In this document: positions 12,235-23,515 of the stretch, piece after piece
Numbering within the stretch: the stretch's first letter is position 1
Layout of the letters: each line of letters opens with the position of its first letter
Origin: Orbicella franksi
Taxonomy: Eukaryota
DNA: 64,000 nt
Assembly: GCA_964199315.1 (NCBI GenBank)
Contig: OZ116706.1
Coordinates: 8,990,001 to 9,054,000 of the forward strand
Direction of reading: 5' to 3'
Translations under genes and position numbers: made by a program
Notes under the pieces: generated by a model
What the model saw: the letters and a program-made list of their open reading frames with translations, nothing else
What the model was told of the DNA's origin: nothing
Database searches by the model: none

Positions 12235-12762
12235 TTTAGATTAAAAAAAAAAAGTCGACAACATGCCATGTTGAGACAAAAGTATATATGGAGGTTTGCT
12301 GGTTTTGAAACTAACTTTGCTCTTAAGAGTTCCGTCCTTATTAAGAGAAAGGTTACAGTACATAAAGGATGGGAGCAAAAGAAAGAGTCATGGTGTTTTA
12401 ATCAGTGTGTTAATGGCGAGATGGGCTATGGTCTTACTTTCTGTATCCCAAGCGAGTTAATATTTTTCTGAGTGACGCAACCTCCCAAAGAAGTTATTAC
12501 GCAGTCCGTGACGACCAGCTTTGCCGAATTTAGGCTAAAATACTGTAAAAGTATCCTGCATAAAACAGGTAATGCTTTGTCTAAGTTATCGAAAACAAAA
12601 AAGGATTCAGAGAAGTCTAAACGAGAAACGTTTCTGATGATGAAAATTATTATGAATTATCTTACAATATCCTATTATACTCAGGTTTAACACATTATCT
12701 TTGGCTAGGAAAAAGAGGTGTACTGTCTTGTATCCTCAAGAGGGCTCCGTATACTCAAGGGG

Positions 12763-12836
12763 GGCTCTGTAGTTCACTTGCTTAGAGCGCCTGTCTAGTA
12801 AACAGGAGGTCAGGGGTTCAAATCCCATCGGTGCCT
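12763..12836 (+). tRNA. tRNA-Thr(AGT), degenerate
   Basis: CCTGT CTAGTAA ACAGG anticodon arm is intact. The acceptor stem, D arm and T stem carry mismatches relative to the copy at 9898. Confidence 0.8.
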
Positions 12837-12990
12837 CTTCTTTTCAACCCTGATATCTGGTTTTAGTTGCCAATTTTACCAACATTTAATTTGTTTTATT
12901 TTTAAATGCAAGAGGCTTATATTTGCTTTTAGTACTTCACAATTTTCTTTTATGTTTGAATTATAACGAGTTTCCGTTAACTCTCATCAT

Positions 12991-13264
12991 ACCGGGCATG
13001 CATTCACACTGTCACGGCCTATCCGTAGTTCCAAGAGTACTAAAACTACGAGGACGAAGCTCGGCTCCTGCCCGGCAAACTGGAAAACGGTTTGTTATTG
13101 TTTTCCTTTTTTCGTTTCTTTTTTTCTGTTTTTTTTTTTTTTTTTTTCGTTTTCCGTCAGTCAGTCGTCTCCATATCGGGCATGCATTCACACTGGTTCC
13201 ACGGTCCATCCGTAGCTCCAAGAGTACTAAAACTACGAGGTTGAAGCTCGGCTCTTGCCCGATA
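12991..13264 (-). other. Tandemly duplicated ~86-nt hairpin element (unit ~185 bp), candidate structured RNA
   Basis: Two copies at 12990-13077 and 13174-13264. Each has a 9-bp terminal stem and an internal 7-bp stem, with compensatory differences between copies. Confidence 0.45.
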
Positions 13265-13402
13265 AACTGGAAAACGCGTACGGTTTGTCATTCTTTTCCC
13301 CCATTTCTTCTCTTTTTCATTTTTTAGTTTCCGTCAGTCAGTCAGGCAAAATTTTAGCGACATCCGAATGCTGTTCATCTGTGAGTAGAATAAGCTTCAG
13401 TG

Positions 13403-13475
13403 GTTTCCGTAGTGTAGTGGTTATCACGTCCGCCTGACACGCGGAAGGTCGCCGGTTCAAACCCGGCCGGAAACA
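13403..13475 (+). tRNA. tRNA-Val with anticodon GAC
   Basis: GTTTCCG TA GTGTAGTGGTTATCAC G TCCGC CTGACAC GCGGA AGGTC GCCGG TTCAAAC CCGGC CGGAAAC A. All stems pair, and a T-run follows about 16 nt downstream. Confidence 0.9.
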
Positions 13476-14498
13476 GGCTGGTCAGCCATTTCCTTTTTTT
13501 TCCTTCCACTTCCTTAGTTCTTTACCATTGTCCTGTGTTATTTTTCTTATTAACTGGCATTCCCATCGTCAGAGCCGCCCCTTGTTTAATCACAACAGCT
13601 AAAGACCTTCAGGAAGTTTAAAAAAGGCCTCTCGGTGAACATATCCATGAAGTCTCCGTAACGAAGCATGTGTGTGCATGCCCTTCCAGTCAGAATCTCA
13701 CTTTTGCTTTAAATTTCCTATAATGAAATTTGTTAATGTCGGAAAGGAAACATTGACCATCCAAATCATGCTTCGCCAGAGCAACCTTTTCCTTGCGGCC
13801 AGAGTCCTGCTGGCTTAGGTGGTTATTCGTAATAGCCATATGTCATAATAATTTCAATACACTACTGAAGAATTGCTGTATTACTTGGGACAACAGTTAA
13901 CATAAAACAGTTAAACCCGACACATAAAACAGTCAAACCAGACTGATATGATCGAGGTCTGATATGGTACGTTGGGGTCTGATATGGTTGGTCGGGGTCT
14001 CATATTGTATGTTGGGGTCTGATATGGGGGCGTGATATGGTAGGCCACGTTCCAACTCTAATAGGTGGGAAAGGGGGCTCTAGGAAAGGGGAATATTATT
14101 ATCGGGATTGAATACGCGATAGCTTTCCATTCACGGGAGTAATCAGTGTTGGAAGGGGCCGTGAACCATTTTGTTTTGGCTATTGTAGGGCCATTACTCG
14201 GCTTTAGCGTTCCACCCAACTTCACATAGTCTTACGCTATTGGGAGAGTATATTACCAGATAATGTGCTTACAACTAAGGAGGTATGATCCAGTCTATGG
14301 TTTATCGAAACTCGATAAAAGCGTGCAAATGAGAAACGTTTCAGAAGAAGAATTCATCAGATCTATAACGCTAAGTCAAACAAGATTAAAATTCAGTTAA
14401 AACAAAGGTGGCAATTTGAGATCGTCTACGTTACACATATTTATCTTCTTGTGTGTATTCATAAAAGTAAGAAAGAAAATTTTGATGATAAAACGGAG

Positions 14499-14572
14499 CG
14501 TCCCTGGGTGGGCTTGAACCACCCACCTTTCGGTTAACAGCCGAACGCGTTAACCGATTGCACCACGGAGAC
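14499..14572 (-). tRNA. tRNA-Asn(GTT)
   Basis: GTCTCCGTGGTGCAATCGGTTAACGCGTTCGGCTGTTAACCGAAAGGTGGGTGGTTCAAGCCCACCCAGGGACG. One D-stem mismatch. Confidence 0.88.
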
Positions 14573-14819
14573 CTCTCTGAAAGTTTTTGTAGAAAACATG
14601 TGTGAGGAATTTTGCTTTCTCGGAAGTTGAAAAAAAGACACGGAAATTCCATCAAAGTTCACCTAATGTTGATGTGACTGTACTGCTGATGTGACTGTAC
14701 GCAGTGGGGTTGGTTAGTCACTGTTTTGGCAACAAGACAACACATACAAGGTGGGAACCATCGGCTAACCAGAGGGATACTCGATTCTGGGCTATATCGA
14801 ATAAGGCTTTTTAAGCTGC

Positions 14820-14896
14820 GGCCACTTGGTCTAGTGTCATGATTCTCGCTTAGGGTGCGAGGCAAGAGGTCCCGGATTCAACTCTCGGACAGGCCT
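14820..14896 (+). pseudogene. tRNA-Pro(AGG) pseudogene
   Basis: TTGGTCTAGTGTCATGATTCTCGCTTAGGGTGCGAG followed by a ~5-nt insertion and a disrupted T arm. Confidence 0.8.
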
Positions 14897-15070
14897 TGCG
14901 GGAACTTTGTTTCTAAACTAATTCCGCTGCAAAACTTATTAGTGAAGAAGGTGGATATTGTATGAGTTCCGTTAATCTGAACGGAATTGAATTAACCTTT
15001 TACATGTATCTTAAAAAGGTCGAAAGGTAGGTTCACCGTTTAGAAGGGACCTTTTCGGCCATACAACAGG

Positions 15071-15186
15071 CATTTTGAATTCTATTGTTTCAAATAGCTA
15101 TTATGGGATGCTCTGGTGGAAAATTAGTAAGTATATGCCCCCTAAGCATCCCACAATAGCTATTTGAAACAATAAAATTCAAAATG
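15071..15186. repeat. Hairpin palindrome with ~42-bp arms (MITE-like)
   Basis: CATTTTGAATTCTATTGTTTCAAATAGCTATTATGGGATGCT ... AGCATCCCACAATAGCTATTTGAAACAATAAAATTCAAAATG. Confidence 0.75.
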
Positions 15187-16284
15187 GCCGCCGCATCGCC
15201 GAAAAGGTCCATTAGAGTCATCTCCGCCATGAGAAAAGGTTTCAGAATCCCACACGCACAATCCCAAACAGAAATTGAGAGTACTGAAGGGATTACAGAT
15301 CATTGCAATAAACAGGAAAATATTTGCAAAAAAACTCAGTCTCCAGCAGGTCAAAAGCACGAGTTCACTTTTTAAAAAACCCTGAAATGAGGGAAATCTG
15401 AGGTTACCAAACTTGAGGCTATCAAAAATGTAATATACCCTTCACACCCAAATAAACTCTTCATCAGGATTATGAAGTTATTGTCCTCAATTGATAGCAA
15501 AGAAAAGGCCAAGTTCTATTCGACGAGCTCTTCTAAATAAAGGCATTATCGACAACGGTTCGGCGGGTTCTGGCGGGTAATTGCAGAAAAAGCTTTCTTT
15601 TTGTCGAAAACGTATTCAAAGAAATATACTTCGTGGGTCATGCCAAAAAAGAATGAGTCCTATATCACCTATGAATTGTTCAACGAAATTTACTTTTGTT
15701 GCAGTTGATGTACTATACTTGAAGTACTTAACTTTCAAACCACTAAAGTGCATCAAGCGAAGAAAGGAATTTTGGTTCAAGAACAGGTGAGTGTGACTCG
15801 GTCGGCACCTATGACATTCACCCGTAAAGTATGTCTTCATTTAACCCTCACCGAGCCAGTAGCTATAGAAGGGAAGGATGTTTCCTGAACTGATACCTAG
15901 GACTGTGGCACTTGATGTATAATCATCCACTTCCAAACAGATCGTTCAATTGACACGAACTCCAATAATATAATGGTCACTTCACAGTGGCTCGTACCTT
16001 GTGCCCACTGACGTCTCCAGACCTTTCAAAACTGACATGATGGTTTCAAACTCAAAAGATTCTAGTTCTCGCTACGCTTATGGTTTGATACAAATTAATA
16101 CTGTATGAAGAAAGCGTGTGTTGTGTCTCTTCTTAACCATTAAAGGCAAGCCTGTTTGTATTTTCAAGCAGTACCTGTGCCTTCAAACTGGTGGACAATT
16201 CAAAGGGATTAATACTTTATGGGAAGCCTCCATAAATTTTCCACACAAAAAGACAAAACAGCAATTTATAGAGTTATCAAAACA

Positions 16285-17889
16285 ATGAATTCGTCTACAT
16301 TCTATAAGTTTTTGTCGCTCATAGCTTTGGTGACGCTAAGGAAATGCTGTGCAGTTAAAGGAGTAAATCCAATGGGCGACCTGGCGGTTAATGACCTTCC
16401 AAAGTCGTTTCCGAATCCGTCCGTACAGTTAAATGGAGAGTTCAATGCGACCTTTGCAAAAGATATCATTTCAGCGAGTGTAGAAGAGGAATTAAAGGCT
16501 GAGTTAGAAGAGGACCCATTTAAGCAGTGGGAATACAAATCCAAGTGGCGTCAAATGAGCGACTTGAAGCTAAACGGTGAGTTAATGTCGAAAGCCATTC
16601 AACCGGGCGATGAAGGCAGGTTAAAGAAGGTTCTTATAAAAGCATTGGAAGGCCAACAAATCAATTTACTGGTCATTGGAGGTTCGAATAGCGCTGGAGG
16701 AAAGTTAGGAGTGGACGAAAAAAGTTTGGACGGGTTGTACTTCAAAGTGTTCTCAAACTGGTGGAACAATACTTTTGGTAAAGTCACGAAGGCGTTTGTA
16801 AAAGAATACCAAGTGACGATCGGGGGAACAGGAAGCTATTTCTTCGCCTTTTGCTACAGAACGTTTATACCAAAAGACAAAAAGATCGATATAGTCTTGA
16901 TCGAAACATCTATTAATTATAACTTGAGAGGAAAGGCCGAAGCCTATGAACAATTAACTCGTCAAGTACTCGAGTATCCGTCAGCGCCCGCGGTGCTATA
17001 CATTAATCTGGTCAGCGGTCTAGGTTTAGATTCGGAGACTAACCATGTTATCAATCCATCATGTATTAACTTGGAAAATTTTGGACAAGCCGAGCTAACA
17101 CGCCATTATGATATAACGTCCTTCAGTTTGAAGGAAGTACTCTGTCGCAAGGAAAACGATCAATGGAGGGCAGTCATCACCGATGAGGCCGCATCAGATG
17201 GTCGCCATATTGGCATTAAAGCGCATGCGATGGTCGCCATGATGATGATAGAGTACATACGCGGCGTGCTCAAGGAGGCTGTAGAAAAAGCCAAAAACAC
17301 GTTTGGTGATAGTAAGGTGTACAGTGTAATTGATTATTCCCCTATACCAGAACCTTTCTTCCTTCGACGCGAAACCGAAGCTCTGAAGCAACCGTTGTGT
17401 TGGACTGGAGTTACTCCGGACATTTTCCAAGACCTCCATCGCCCGAATCTTCAAATTAAAATCGAGGAAAACGAAGGATTCTCACCATCTGGAAGTTTTC
17501 GCGATCAAAATGCGTCTGATAAAGGTAAAAATTCAAACTTACGCACAGACGCGCAAGGGGGATGGGGTACGTGGCAGATATACAGCAGTTTAAAACTGCG
17601 CATTTACGTTTCCCCGATTAACTCTTCTCCCAACACACGCTCCGTGATTCTATTAACCAGGACTTCCGGTAGCGGCGGAAAGGCCAAGGTATGGCTGGAT
17701 AACAATGACAAAGAAGCTATTTACATTAATACAAAATCCATGTATGGACAGAATCGGTTGGATAGTATTCAAACAAGAGTGGAGCCAGGCTTCCATACAA
17801 TCATGGTAAGAACTGTTTGCGAGGGAAATTTCCTTGTCAGTGGAGTCCTGGTAGGACCACCAGACTTTGAAAGAAGAAAAGTGTTGTAA
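16285..17889 (+). CDS. Intronless secreted SGNH/GDSL-superfamily hydrolase (about 534 aa from MNSS; ORF open from 16219)
   Basis: Hydrophobic N-terminus (FLSLIALVTLRKCCA). SGNH blocks: I LLVIGGSNSAG, II IGGTGS, III DIVLIETSIN, V DGRH (DxxH). A C-terminal beta-rich region follows. Confidence 0.8.
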   Translation: MNSSTFYKFLSLIALVTLRKCCAVKGVNPMGDLAVNDLPKSFPNPSVQLNGEFNATFAKDIISASVEEELKAELEEDPFKQWEYKSKWRQMSDLKLNGELMSKAIQPGDEGRLKKVLIKALEGQQINLLVIGGSNSAGGKLGVDEKSLDGLYFKVFSNWWNNTFGKVTKAFVKEYQVTIGGTGSYFFAFCYRTFIPKDKKIDIVLIETSINYNLRGKAEAYEQLTRQVLEYPSAPAVLYINLVSGLGLDSETNHVINPSCINLENFGQAELTRHYDITSFSLKEVLCRKENDQWRAVITDEAASDGRHIGIKAHAMVAMMMIEYIRGVLKEAVEKAKNTFGDSKVYSVIDYSPIPEPFFLRRETEALKQPLCWTGVTPDIFQDLHRPNLQIKIEENEGFSPSGSFRDQNASDKGKNSNLRTDAQGGWGTWQIYSSLKLRIYVSPINSSPNTRSVILLTRTSGSGGKAKVWLDNNDKEAIYINTKSMYGQNRLDSIQTRVEPGFHTIMVRTVCEGNFLVSGVLVGPPDFERRKVL

Positions 17890-20164
17890 TTCACCCTTCC
17901 ATAGAGCATATCGCGCACGAAACAATCTACAAAATAAATGGGGATCTCTTGTAAAATTTGATTCGCGGAATTCGCTCTGGTAATATTTAACAAATAAAGA
18001 AGCCTCGACTGTGCTCTGTTCTGTTGTAAAGCACGCAGGAAGCGGTAGAGCACGAAAGAAGTGTAGGGGAAAACACGAGACGAAGTCTTTATTTGTTTTA
18101 TGATAAAGAATCCGATAATTTCCCCGCGCATTCGGCTGAATTTTCAAATCAAACTTTATTTTCCAAACGAGTAAAAGTGGCGTCAGCCGTGCACTGTTCT
18201 CTGATAAAGCACGCTAAAATAAGCCAATCACGATCCTCGTTAGAATTGTTCAAATAATTTGATTGGCTGACGAAGCGACAGCTGTCAATCACAAACTGAA
18301 CTTCAGCTAAGCTTTCAGTTTCGGGTGGTTTCGAGCGGCTTTCGAGAGAAGAACGATGCCTTCAAAGTTCGCTTTTTAGTTAATTTTCAAATAAGAATCT
18401 AAAGGCAAGCAAAGGTTTGTAGTCCATAGGAATCCGGCCGTATTGTGGCTCATGAAAACGTGCACTTTTCCAATGGAAATTACGGAACCAGGAGCTCAAA
18501 GCTTGCAGATGAAAATGCGAAATGCTGAGTTGAATTTGAAAGGAGCTACAGTTATTTAAGCTAACGACTTGCAGCAAGATTGCCCGAACTAGCGTAAAAG
18601 TTAGACAGACTAAACTGCTCCTACTGGTTCTACTCCGACCACAGAGGAGAATATCTAGAGCAAGCTTTGAGCTGACCGCACGTCGGTTCACTTCGCTGAG
18701 AAGACCAGAGAACGAGCGAGCGTTACTACACTGCATGTAAGTGTTGTTTTGAGCAATTGAGCATTTTACGAAAATAAAGCTTCTCATGATAAGCAGAGAC
18801 AGCTAAATAGTTGTTTTCTGTCGTTGTTTTACTTCTTAAGTATAATTTCCGCCTTCGTAACAAATGTAATGTCTTTTATCGAAGTACTGGTTAGTTTGAG
18901 GATTTGTTTATTTCGCTACGTGTTTTGTGGGCGGGAACCTAGCAAAACTTGTCATTTTAGTACAGTTTTCACACTGCTGTTGCTAACAATGGTCTCCGTG
19001 AGCCATAGTTACTGTAGACATAGAGCTCGTTTCCATTGCGTTTGTCTGAATCACGGGGGATGTTTAATTTGGGCCAAATTTGTCAAAATTCCGAAGCAAA
19101 AATTTGAAAGCCAGCTTACTGTCATCAACCCGTGCTCTGTTCTCTGATAAAGCACGCTGTTTCAACCAATCAGAGTCCGCATTAAATGGAAACTTTGTTA
19201 TAAAATATAATATAATTATTACAAAGGTTTTTGGTTCAATTGTTGTTTTCTATCTTAGTCTAAATTATTATCTATAGGTTTCCTTCGATTTTAAGTTGAA
19301 GTACAGTTTTGAGCTTGCGTATTACATCCATTAACGTGGTCTAAATTCAGTAGTTCGATTCTGCGTTTCATCATTTTTGCATTCTGATCTGTTCCCCTGC
19401 GAAGACCTTGAGAAAAAAAATTACTTCCATTACAGTATAATGACATGACTTTTTCCGGGAATGTTGTTTAGTTGCGCCCTTGTAGTGTCATTTGCGAAGT
19501 GCTCAGTCCGTAACTAACTAAGTGTTATTCCCTTATCAGCTGGAGTATCACCGTCATATTGCGCGACGTAGTCTTCGTTGTTTTTCGTCGTTGGGCCCAC
19601 GTGCCCGCGATCCATGCCGCTAGCCATGTTGACCATGAAAAAAATAGTTGCAGGGTTTTCTATTTCTATGCATGCATGTGATCCTGTTCCTATAGTTGTG
19701 GTGCTTCGCTTGACGGCCCTTCGGGCTGCGGAGCTCCGCCTTCAAGCTAAACAAGAAAAATAAATACAGGTTCCAACAGCATCCGAATCTGTGACTTTAT
19801 GCTAGGCAATTTCAGGTTCTTGAAGAAACACCAGTAACTCCCAATTTCTTGATAAGAAAACAAAAACAGTTGATTAAAGCTCCCACATGCACTATCATAG
19901 GCTAAGACGATTTCCACAGTTTTCTGCTTGTTGCTGACCGTTTCGGGTTTTAACGTGTGGAAACGCAGTCAGATTTTAAAGATTCCAGACTTGAAGAAAA
20001 CCACTCATTTAATGACCAAACTAAATGGAAAGTGTTTTTGTGAGTATGCACTCTTTTGGAATCGTAATCACTATCTCTAGGTGAGTTTTCGCAATTCGAT
20101 CCAGTTTAATAAGCCACTTTTGTTAGTGCGTGCACGTTTTGCGCATTACGTAAGGCATGGATTA

Positions 20165-20364
20165 NNNNNNNNNNNNNNNNNNNNNNNNNNNNNNNNNNNN
20201 NNNNNNNNNNNNNNNNNNNNNNNNNNNNNNNNNNNNNNNNNNNNNNNNNNNNNNNNNNNNNNNNNNNNNNNNNNNNNNNNNNNNNNNNNNNNNNNNNNNN
20301 NNNNNNNNNNNNNNNNNNNNNNNNNNNNNNNNNNNNNNNNNNNNNNNNNNNNNNNNNNNNNNNN
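20165..20364. other. Assembly gap (200 N)
   Basis: Run of N. Confidence 1.
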
Positions 20365-21360
20365 ACCACCACGCGCGCGATAAGGTTGGCATTGACGTAA
20401 TCACCTACGCTACCAAGTATACGAAGCTGTACTAAAACCAGGAATACCACTAAAGGCGGCGAAATACAAGAAACAAAAACCCCCAACTTGTGGCGCAACA
20501 TTGTTTCGTTGCAAGCTTTAGGTTGATGTTTCGCGTTTCTTACCTTGCGTAATCAACTTGTCGCGAAACAAAAACATTTGTTGCGGGTTGAAGAAAGTTG
20601 TTGCGAAAAGTAGAGCGCGGGTCTACTTTGAGCAACAAATTTTAGCTTTGTTGCTCGTTTTTCGTGAAACCCACAACTTGTCACGCAACAAATTTTCTCA
20701 TGCGCGCGCGTTTGTTGTTGTGATGCCGCCATCTTGGATCCACACCAAATACGGTTGAAACGTCTGACTCGCAACGACTGACCGAGATTGTTTTTGTTTA
20801 CAACTTCAAATTTTGCACAAAATTTCACAGAGAAAAAAACAAAAAAAAACATTTTTGGAGAACATAACTGGTGAACTGATTGCAACTAACATAAAGCAGT
20901 TCGGAATAAATCTGTTTTAAGGCAGCTTTCTTTTTTTTAGTATCTGAGTTACTCGCTCGATGCGAAGATTTTTTACGATTGGTTTATAGACGGCATGTAA
21001 GCCGATTCAATGACAAAGTTGCGTAAAGAAAACCATTGCCGCAGGAAAAAAAATAGGCACGCAAGGTGTGCATGAGTTATTTTTGTGAATTAAAAGCCTC
21101 TGGAAGTTAGCAGCATTGCCATTAGGTTAATCCAACATGTTTTGGTCAAGATATACAAGAAGTGTAATATACACTTTCTAAGAAGTGTAACATCAAGCCT
21201 AGTTTTTATCAAGGTTAATTCTGACAATTCGATCATCGTTACTTGACGCTTGTTTTCAGGCCTTTATTTCAAAACCAATCAGTCAAAATCAACAAATATA
21301 GAATTTTATGTTTACTAATGCCTGTAATACTCGGTTTTACGTAATTTCCACGCTAATCTA

Positions 21361-22588
21361 ATTGGCCCTAAAACGGATCCCCAGGGATCCGTTTTAGGGC
21401 CAATCCTGTATTTGTTATACACATCGCCCATCGGGGACATCATCAAACGGCACGGACTTAACTACCATCTATACGCTGATGACACCCAGCTCTACCTCTC
21501 ATTTAAGCCCAACTACGCCGAACAACCTGGTTCTATTGCTAAAATAGAAGCATGTGTTTCTGAGATCGACTCGTGGATGGTGTGCAATAAGCTGAAACTA
21601 AACGGAGGAAAGACGGAGCTTTTGATCTTGAGCGCACGACATCGTCCACCCCCATTAATAGACCACGTCGATGTGTCTGGTGAACAGATCGAGCCATCTA
21701 CCTCTGCAAAGAACATTGGAGTCATCTTTGATGAGTACATGTCACTGGAAAAGCATGTTACCAGTACCTGCAAGGCCTGTTTCTTCCATCTTAGAAACAT
21801 TAGCAGGATAAGAGTCTGTCTATCTCTAGCAGACACTGAAAAGTTAGTACATGCATTCATCACTTCCAAACTAGATAACGCCAACTCGCTTCTATATGGA
21901 CTACCAAAATTTTTGATAGATCGTCTACAAAATGTCCAGAATGCTGCGGCTCGCGTTGTTACCAGAACAAGGAAATACGATCATATCAAGCCGGTTTTAA
22001 AGCAGCTACACTGGCTTCCAATAAGCCAGCGCATCAATTATAAGATTTTACTTTTAACCTATAAAGCGCTCAATGGCCAGTCCCCTAATTACATTACTGA
22101 ACTGCTAGAGCCTTATGTACCAAGCAGAAATCTTCGATCCTCCTCCAAAACCTCTTGAAAGTACCACCTGTCAAGTTAATAGGCTATGGTCATAGGTGTT
22201 TCTCTTTTGTAGCACCTAGCCTATGGAACTCTCTTCCGAACAATATAAGAGGGAGCGGCTCGCTATCATATTTTAAGACTTGTATAAAGACATATCTTTT
22301 TAACAAATTTTATAACTAGACTTTTGGTTAGTTAGTTAATTAGTAGATTAGATAGTTTAGCTAGTTAGTTAGCCAGTCACTTAGTTAAGTTAGTCAGTTT
22401 TTATTTAAAGGTTTTAATGATTCCTAGTTTTACTTTCATTTTTACAGCTTAGCTATTTTATTTGTTAGTAATTTTTTATCACTGATGTAAATTTTTAATG
22501 TAAATTTTATTTTTAATAACATTTTTTACTGTAAAGCGCCATGAGCCCTGGATATGGCGCTATACAAATCTATTATTATTATTATTAT
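21361..22588 (+). mobile_element. 5'-truncated LINE (CR1/L2 group), reverse transcriptase C-terminal part, frameshifted
   Basis: [16 protein letters not shown] and [11 protein letters not shown] motifs. A frameshift near 22150 continues as ...SFVAPSLWNSLP...; the 3' end has the GTAAAGCGCC...GGCGCTATAC stem-loop and a (TAT)n tail. Confidence 0.92.
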
Positions 22589-22589
22589 A

Positions 22590-22925
22590 AGTGGAAAAGA
22601 GCTGCGTCGCAATCGATCCCAGATACAGCAGGTCCCTCAAGCTTACCCCAAGCAGGTCAAGTTTGACCTTAAGAGCAATCAAGTTCGCAGCTCCTCTCCT
22701 GGAATTAATTTTCCTATTAACATACCGAGCCAGTCTAACCCTAGGAACAGTGCAGGTCCAGTACCACCGGCCGCTCAACCAGTCAGTCCAAACCCAGGAG
22801 CTGCTCAATCTGCCAGTCCAACCCGAGGAGTGGCTCAGCCAGTCACCTCAGCCCCAAGCACAGGAAGTCAGTATGTGACACGCAGTGGAAGGGTGGTCAA
22901 GGCACCTTCCAGGATGGACGTTTAA
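22590..22925 (+). mobile_element. Gypsy-type LTR retrotransposon pol C-terminal relic
   Basis: SGKELRRNRSQI and terminal YVTRSGRVVKAPSRMDV* resemble post-integrase motifs of Gypsy pol. A purine tract (AAGAGGGAC) and TG follow, a possible PPT and LTR start. Confidence 0.55.
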
Positions 22926-23456
22926 GTTAAATTTATTTAGTCGCGTTAAGAGGGACACTGTGTCAGGGATTAACCCTGTAGAACTGTGCTGAACGAATAT
23001 CATTTTTTCTGTTATTTTTGTTGTTGAGTAAGCGGCTTACTCCATTCCTCAGTTATTGTTGCAAATGTTAACTTACGGCTCAGAGTAGCTTTGGTTTTTT
23101 TTTTTTTTTTCTCATTTTTTGGAAAAAAGGGGATGTGATATTCAGTTCCGGTTTCACACTGTTCGCAGTTCCGGTCACATGACCGAAGGTGTGACGTGAT
23201 GAGTCCGTCTAAGTTATTCGCATGCTTATGTGTATTTGCATATTCTTCTAGTTCTTCGAGTCTGCATAACATGATGTCCTCTTGCCTGGTTTTTTGGTTC
23301 ATTGCTACGACAATGCCTATGGCTAACAGCTTTTTTGTTAATCACTGATTGCTTAGCTGGGTAAATCCAGCAACTGGTAAACGGCCGTTTAGTCGCGGTA
23401 AAGTTTTGTGATCGCTGCAAACTCACGAAGTACTTAGGCACTACAATATGCAGCGA

Positions 23457-23515
23457 AAGAAGAAGCAGAAGAAGAAGAAGAAGAAGAAGAAGAAGAAGAA
23501 GAAGAAGAAGAAGAA
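23457..23515. repeat. (AAG)n microsatellite
   Basis: About 19 AAG units. Confidence 0.95.

Noticed and set aside
13010-13065. GAGGACGAAG resembles a hammerhead ribozyme stem II/core
   Set aside because: The CUGANGA core is absent and the second copy reads GAGGTTGAAG. The GCUUCAA similarity to the tRNA-Sec anticodon loop in copy 2 is not supported by the other arms.
16302-18147. Antisense ORFs over the SGNH gene (similarly over PARP and Deltex exons)
   Set aside because: They are shadows of the real coding strand and show no domain signal.
18380-18787. 135-aa minus-strand ORF, considered as a transposon recombinase fragment
   Set aside because: No convincing motif, and it lies among interspersed-repeat sequence.
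20081-20501. ORFs spanning X runs (also 28320-28593)
   Set aside because: Artefacts of N gaps.
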